DNA of 64,000 nucleotides from an uncultured Methanomicrobiales archaeon (GTDB taxonomy: Archaea; Halobacteriota; Methanomicrobia; Methanomicrobiales; Methanospirillaceae). Position numbers and translations under genes: made by a program. Location: positions 512,001 to 576,000 of the forward strand of contig OY969100.1 of assembly GCA_963697895.1 (NCBI GenBank). The letters run 5' to 3'. Every line of letters starts with the position of its first letter. Position 1 is the stretch's first letter. Shown here one piece after another: positions 61,048-64,000 of this stretch. The notes under the pieces are model-generated. The model ran no database searches. It saw only the letters and a program-made list of their open reading frames with translations, and had not been told where the DNA came from.

Positions 61048-61896
61048 GTGAAGTTTCTGTACCGGGTTCTGCAGGCGGATAAACTGGCCGATCGGGTCTA
61101 TCAACAATGGATAAGGGCTCCGCACGTCGCCTGTCATGCACAGGCGGGACAATTTCTGATCCTCCGCATCGATGAGCGCGGTGAGCGGATCCCCCTAACC
61201 ATATCGGCGGTAAAAGGCGATGATCTCCGCATCATTTTCATGTCTGTCGGCAAGACCACGCATCAGCTCGCGCTCCTCGGCCCCGGGGATACCCTCTGCG
61301 ATATCGCAGGACCGCTCGGCAGGCCCAGTGAGATCCCGGAAAAAAGCACCTGTGTGGTTGTCGGCGGAGGTGTAGGGATCGCCAGTACCCCGATCATCGC
61401 GCGGGCCGCAAAGGCGGCGGGGAATTACGTTATCGGGATGATCGGCGCGAGAAACTCCGGGTTGCTCATACTGGAAGAGGAGATGCGGGAGATCTGTGAC
61501 GAACTGTATATCGCCACCGATGACGGGAGCAAGGGGACGCATGGATTTGTAAGCGATCTTTTAAAATCCGAGATCGGCCGGAGGACCATCGACTGCGTCT
61601 GGGTTATCGGCCCGGCGATGATGATGAAGGTCACGTCCGGCGTTACAAAACCTCTCGGGATCAGGACGTACGTGAGCCTGAATCCGATCATGGTCGACGG
61701 TACGGGGATGTGCGGGTCCTGCCGCGTCCGGGTGGGGGGAAGAACCCGGTTTGCCTGCGTCGACGGTCCCGAATTTGATGCACATCAGGTGGATTTTGAT
61801 ACTCTCATGCACCGGCAGCGGGCCTACCTGGATGAAGAACGGGATTCGCTCGAACGGTTTCATGAAGGATCCTGTGGCTGCAGGGAGGGCAGATGA
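61048..61896 (+). CDS. NfnA/SudB-like FAD, [2Fe-2S] subunit
   Basis: ERIPLTI, GPLG, GGGVG, TDDGS, MVDGTGMCGSCR, CVDGPEFD. Confidence 0.9.
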   Translation: MKFLYRVLQADKLADRVYQQWIRAPHVACHAQAGQFLILRIDERGERIPLTISAVKGDDLRIIFMSVGKTTHQLALLGPGDTLCDIAGPLGRPSEIPEKSTCVVVGGGVGIASTPIIARAAKAAGNYVIGMIGARNSGLLILEEEMREICDELYIATDDGSKGTHGFVSDLLKSEIGRRTIDCVWVIGPAMMMKVTSGVTKPLGIRTYVSLNPIMVDGTGMCGSCRVRVGGRTRFACVDGPEFDAHQVDFDTLMHRQRAYLDEERDSLERFHEGSCGCREGR

Positions 61897-63256
61897 ATGC
61901 ACGATCGCCCGGCTGCAGAGCGTATCTTGGATTTTGAAGAGGTCGATCCGGGACTATCCGCCGATGAGGCAATAATGGAGGCGGAACGGTGTCTCCAGTG
62001 CAAGAAACCGGGATGCGTGACGGGGTGCCCGGTGGGTATCGATATCCCGGGATTTATCTCATCAGTGGCGGAGGGGGATTTCCGCCGGGCAGCGGGAATT
62101 ATCAAGGAGGAGAACCTGCTGCCCGCCGTATGCGGACGGGTATGCCCGCAGGAGAGCCAGTGCGAGGGCGAGTGTATCCTCGGAGTGAAGGAAGTTCCTC
62201 TCCGGATCGGCGCACTCGAGCGTTTCGTTGCCGATCGGGAGCGGGAGGAAGGCCTCATCATCCCCGAAACGGCCCCGCCAACGGGAAAACGGGTCGCTGT
62301 AGTCGGTTCGGGGCCTGCGGGACTGACCGCTGCGGCAGAGCTCTCCCGGATGGGTCACCAGGTAACCCTTTTTGAATCGCTGCACGAGCCAGGAGGGGTT
62401 CTTGTGTATGGAATTCCCGCATTCAGGTTACCCAAAGATATCGTCCGGGCGGAGATCGAACAGCTCCATGCCATGGGAGTCACCCTGAAACTCAATCACC
62501 TGGTCGGGAACAGCGTCACGCTGGACGAGATCAAGCGGTTCGAAGCGGTGTTCCTCGGTACGGGCGCGGGCCTCCCGTATTTCATGGAGATCGAAGGAGA
62601 AGATCTTTCCGGGGTATATTCGGCAAACGAATTTCTGACCCGCGTAAACCTGATGCATGCCGAACGGTTCCCCCGGTACGATACTCCTGTCAGGCATGCG
62701 AGTCGTGTGGTTGTTGCAGGAGGAGGGAACGTAGCGATGGATGCAGCACGGGTTGCGCGACGTCTCGGTGCAAAAGTCACGCTGGTGTACCGGAGAAGGG
62801 AAGAGGATCTACCGGCCCGCAGGGCGGAAGTCGTGCATGCCCGGGAGGAAGGGGTGGAATTTGTTCTGTGTGCCGCTCCGGTCCGCGTGATCGGAGACCA
62901 GTGGGTCACCGGTGTTGAATGCATCCGGACCGAGATGTGCGACCTGGACGCAAGCGGGAGGCCGGAGCCGGTGGCGGTCGATGGCAGACTCCTTCATTAT
63001 CGATGCCGACCTGTTCATCGAGGCTATAGGTCAGGGGCCGAACCCGCTCCTCATACGGAAGATCGATGGAATAACACAGGGAAAGCGGGGAAACGTGATC
63101 GTCGATGAGGAAGGGCAGACATCGATGAGCCGGTTCTTTGCTGCCGGAGATGTTGCAACGGGAGCAGCAACGGTCATCCTTGCGATGGGAGGGGCGAAAC
63201 GTGCAGCCCACGCCATCGACCGGATGCTCCGCGGGGTCGACCGGTGCGGCGATTAG
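61897..63256 (+). CDS. NfnB/SudA (GltD-like) flavin Fe-S subunit, +1 frameshift at ~62988
   Basis: RCLQC..CVTGCP, CGRVCPQESQCE, GSGPAG, GGGNVAMD; after the break AIGQ, FAAGD, TVILAM. Confidence 0.9.
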
Positions 63257-64000
63257 CCCGTATCCTCAGATTCCACAGGACAATATGCCTGCATCACTCC
63301 CCGGTATACCTCGCACGCCTTGTGCAGTTGTTCGATCGCGACCCGTTCGTCGACTGCATGGAGCAGGGTAATCTCCCCGGGACCATACTCTATCACCGGG
63401 TATCCTTCTTTTCTGAGATACCGGGCATCACTTGCGGCCCACTGGACGACAGGTTCTGCGTTCGCGCCGTAGACCTGTGAGATCTCCCGGCATACGGTCC
63501 TGACAAGGGGGTTATCCGGCGGTGTGAGGGAGGGCTCGGACAGACTCCGGATCCTCGCGCTCGCGTTCGGTGAATGGACGATGATATCATCGATCAGCTC
63601 AGGGATTGAGCAGCCCCAGGGGATCCGGAGGTCGAGTTCCAGGTCGCAATGCTGGGCAACGATGTTTGCCTTTTCGCCCCCCTCGATCCGGCCCGGGTTG
63701 TACATGATACGCCGCAGGATATCCCCGGCACCGGAGATGCCCAGAACCTCCCCGATGACTGCCGAGGACGCTTCGATGAGTGCCCCCTGTTTCCCCCCCG
63801 GATCATAAACCCGCTGGTGCAGGGTTTTTAAATACTCAAGCGTGGAGTACGCCTCCATCACCGCGCTCACTCCCCGGATCGGATACAGCGAACCGTGACC
63901 GGGAACCCCGCGGAACTGGAGATCCAACCGGCAGAGGCCCTTCTGACCGATATTTGGATGAAGCGCGGGAGTGGGCTCGGCAATGATGCAGTCGCACGGC
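63253..64000 (-). CDS. M20 (ArgE/DapE-family) metallo-deacylase, 5' part outside the window
   Basis: IIAEPT, GHGS, IEGGEKANIV, DLRIP, ASDARYL, YGPG...HAVDE. Confidence 0.88.
   Translation of the reverse strand, partial: PCDCIIAEPTPALHPNIGQKGLCRLDLQFRGVPGHGSLYPIRGVSAVMEAYSTLEYLKTLHQRVYDPGGKQGALIEASSAVIGEVLGISGAGDILRRIMYNPGRIEGGEKANIVAQHCDLELDLRIPWGCSIPELIDDIIVHSPNASARIRSLSEPSLTPPDNPLVRTVCREISQVYGANAEPVVQWAASDARYLRKEGYPVIEYGPGEITLLHAVDERVAIEQLHKACEVYRGVMQAYCPVESEDTG

Noticed and set aside
1-64000. CRISPR arrays, IS elements, integrases, defence systems and the many antisense or alternative-frame ORFs in the track
   Set aside because: No spaced repeats or mobile/defence motifs seen by eye; shadow ORFs are explained by GC-rich codon bias of the real genes

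Overview
Chromosomal window of a methanogenic archaeon, most likely Methanomicrobiales (inferred from gene content: cysteate synthase plus methanogenesis marker 16, a PGF-CTERM S-layer-type protein, AroA'/AroB', TgtA/ArcS, two PANs, aMBF1). In order it holds: a putative coenzyme M cluster with an ATPase/GTPase/Fe-S trio; tRNA-Arg(GCG); a cell-surface region (META lipoproteins, S-layer-like glycoprotein); a bacterial-type PLP amino-acid decarboxylase with a transporter; carAB-argG and pdaD; housekeeping genes; an 8-gene aromatic amino acid operon plus aroD; a U32 protein; tpiA; RNase P RNA; archaeosine genes; and NfnAB. I saw no CRISPR array, integrase or transposase. The best lead is a 14-aa Phe/Tyr-rich leader ORF (MQGECFFAGECFYR), missed by the ORF track, followed by alternative RNA pairings and an SD-sequestering hairpin directly ahead of the aro/phe/tyr operon. 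This is a candidate ribosome-mediated attenuator in an archaeon. Second, five +1 frameshifts in otherwise intact genes all fall at CAGCT/AGCTG, probably a DNA-methylation footprint in the sequencing rather than true pseudogenes. All product calls come from motif recognition by eye, without database searches.
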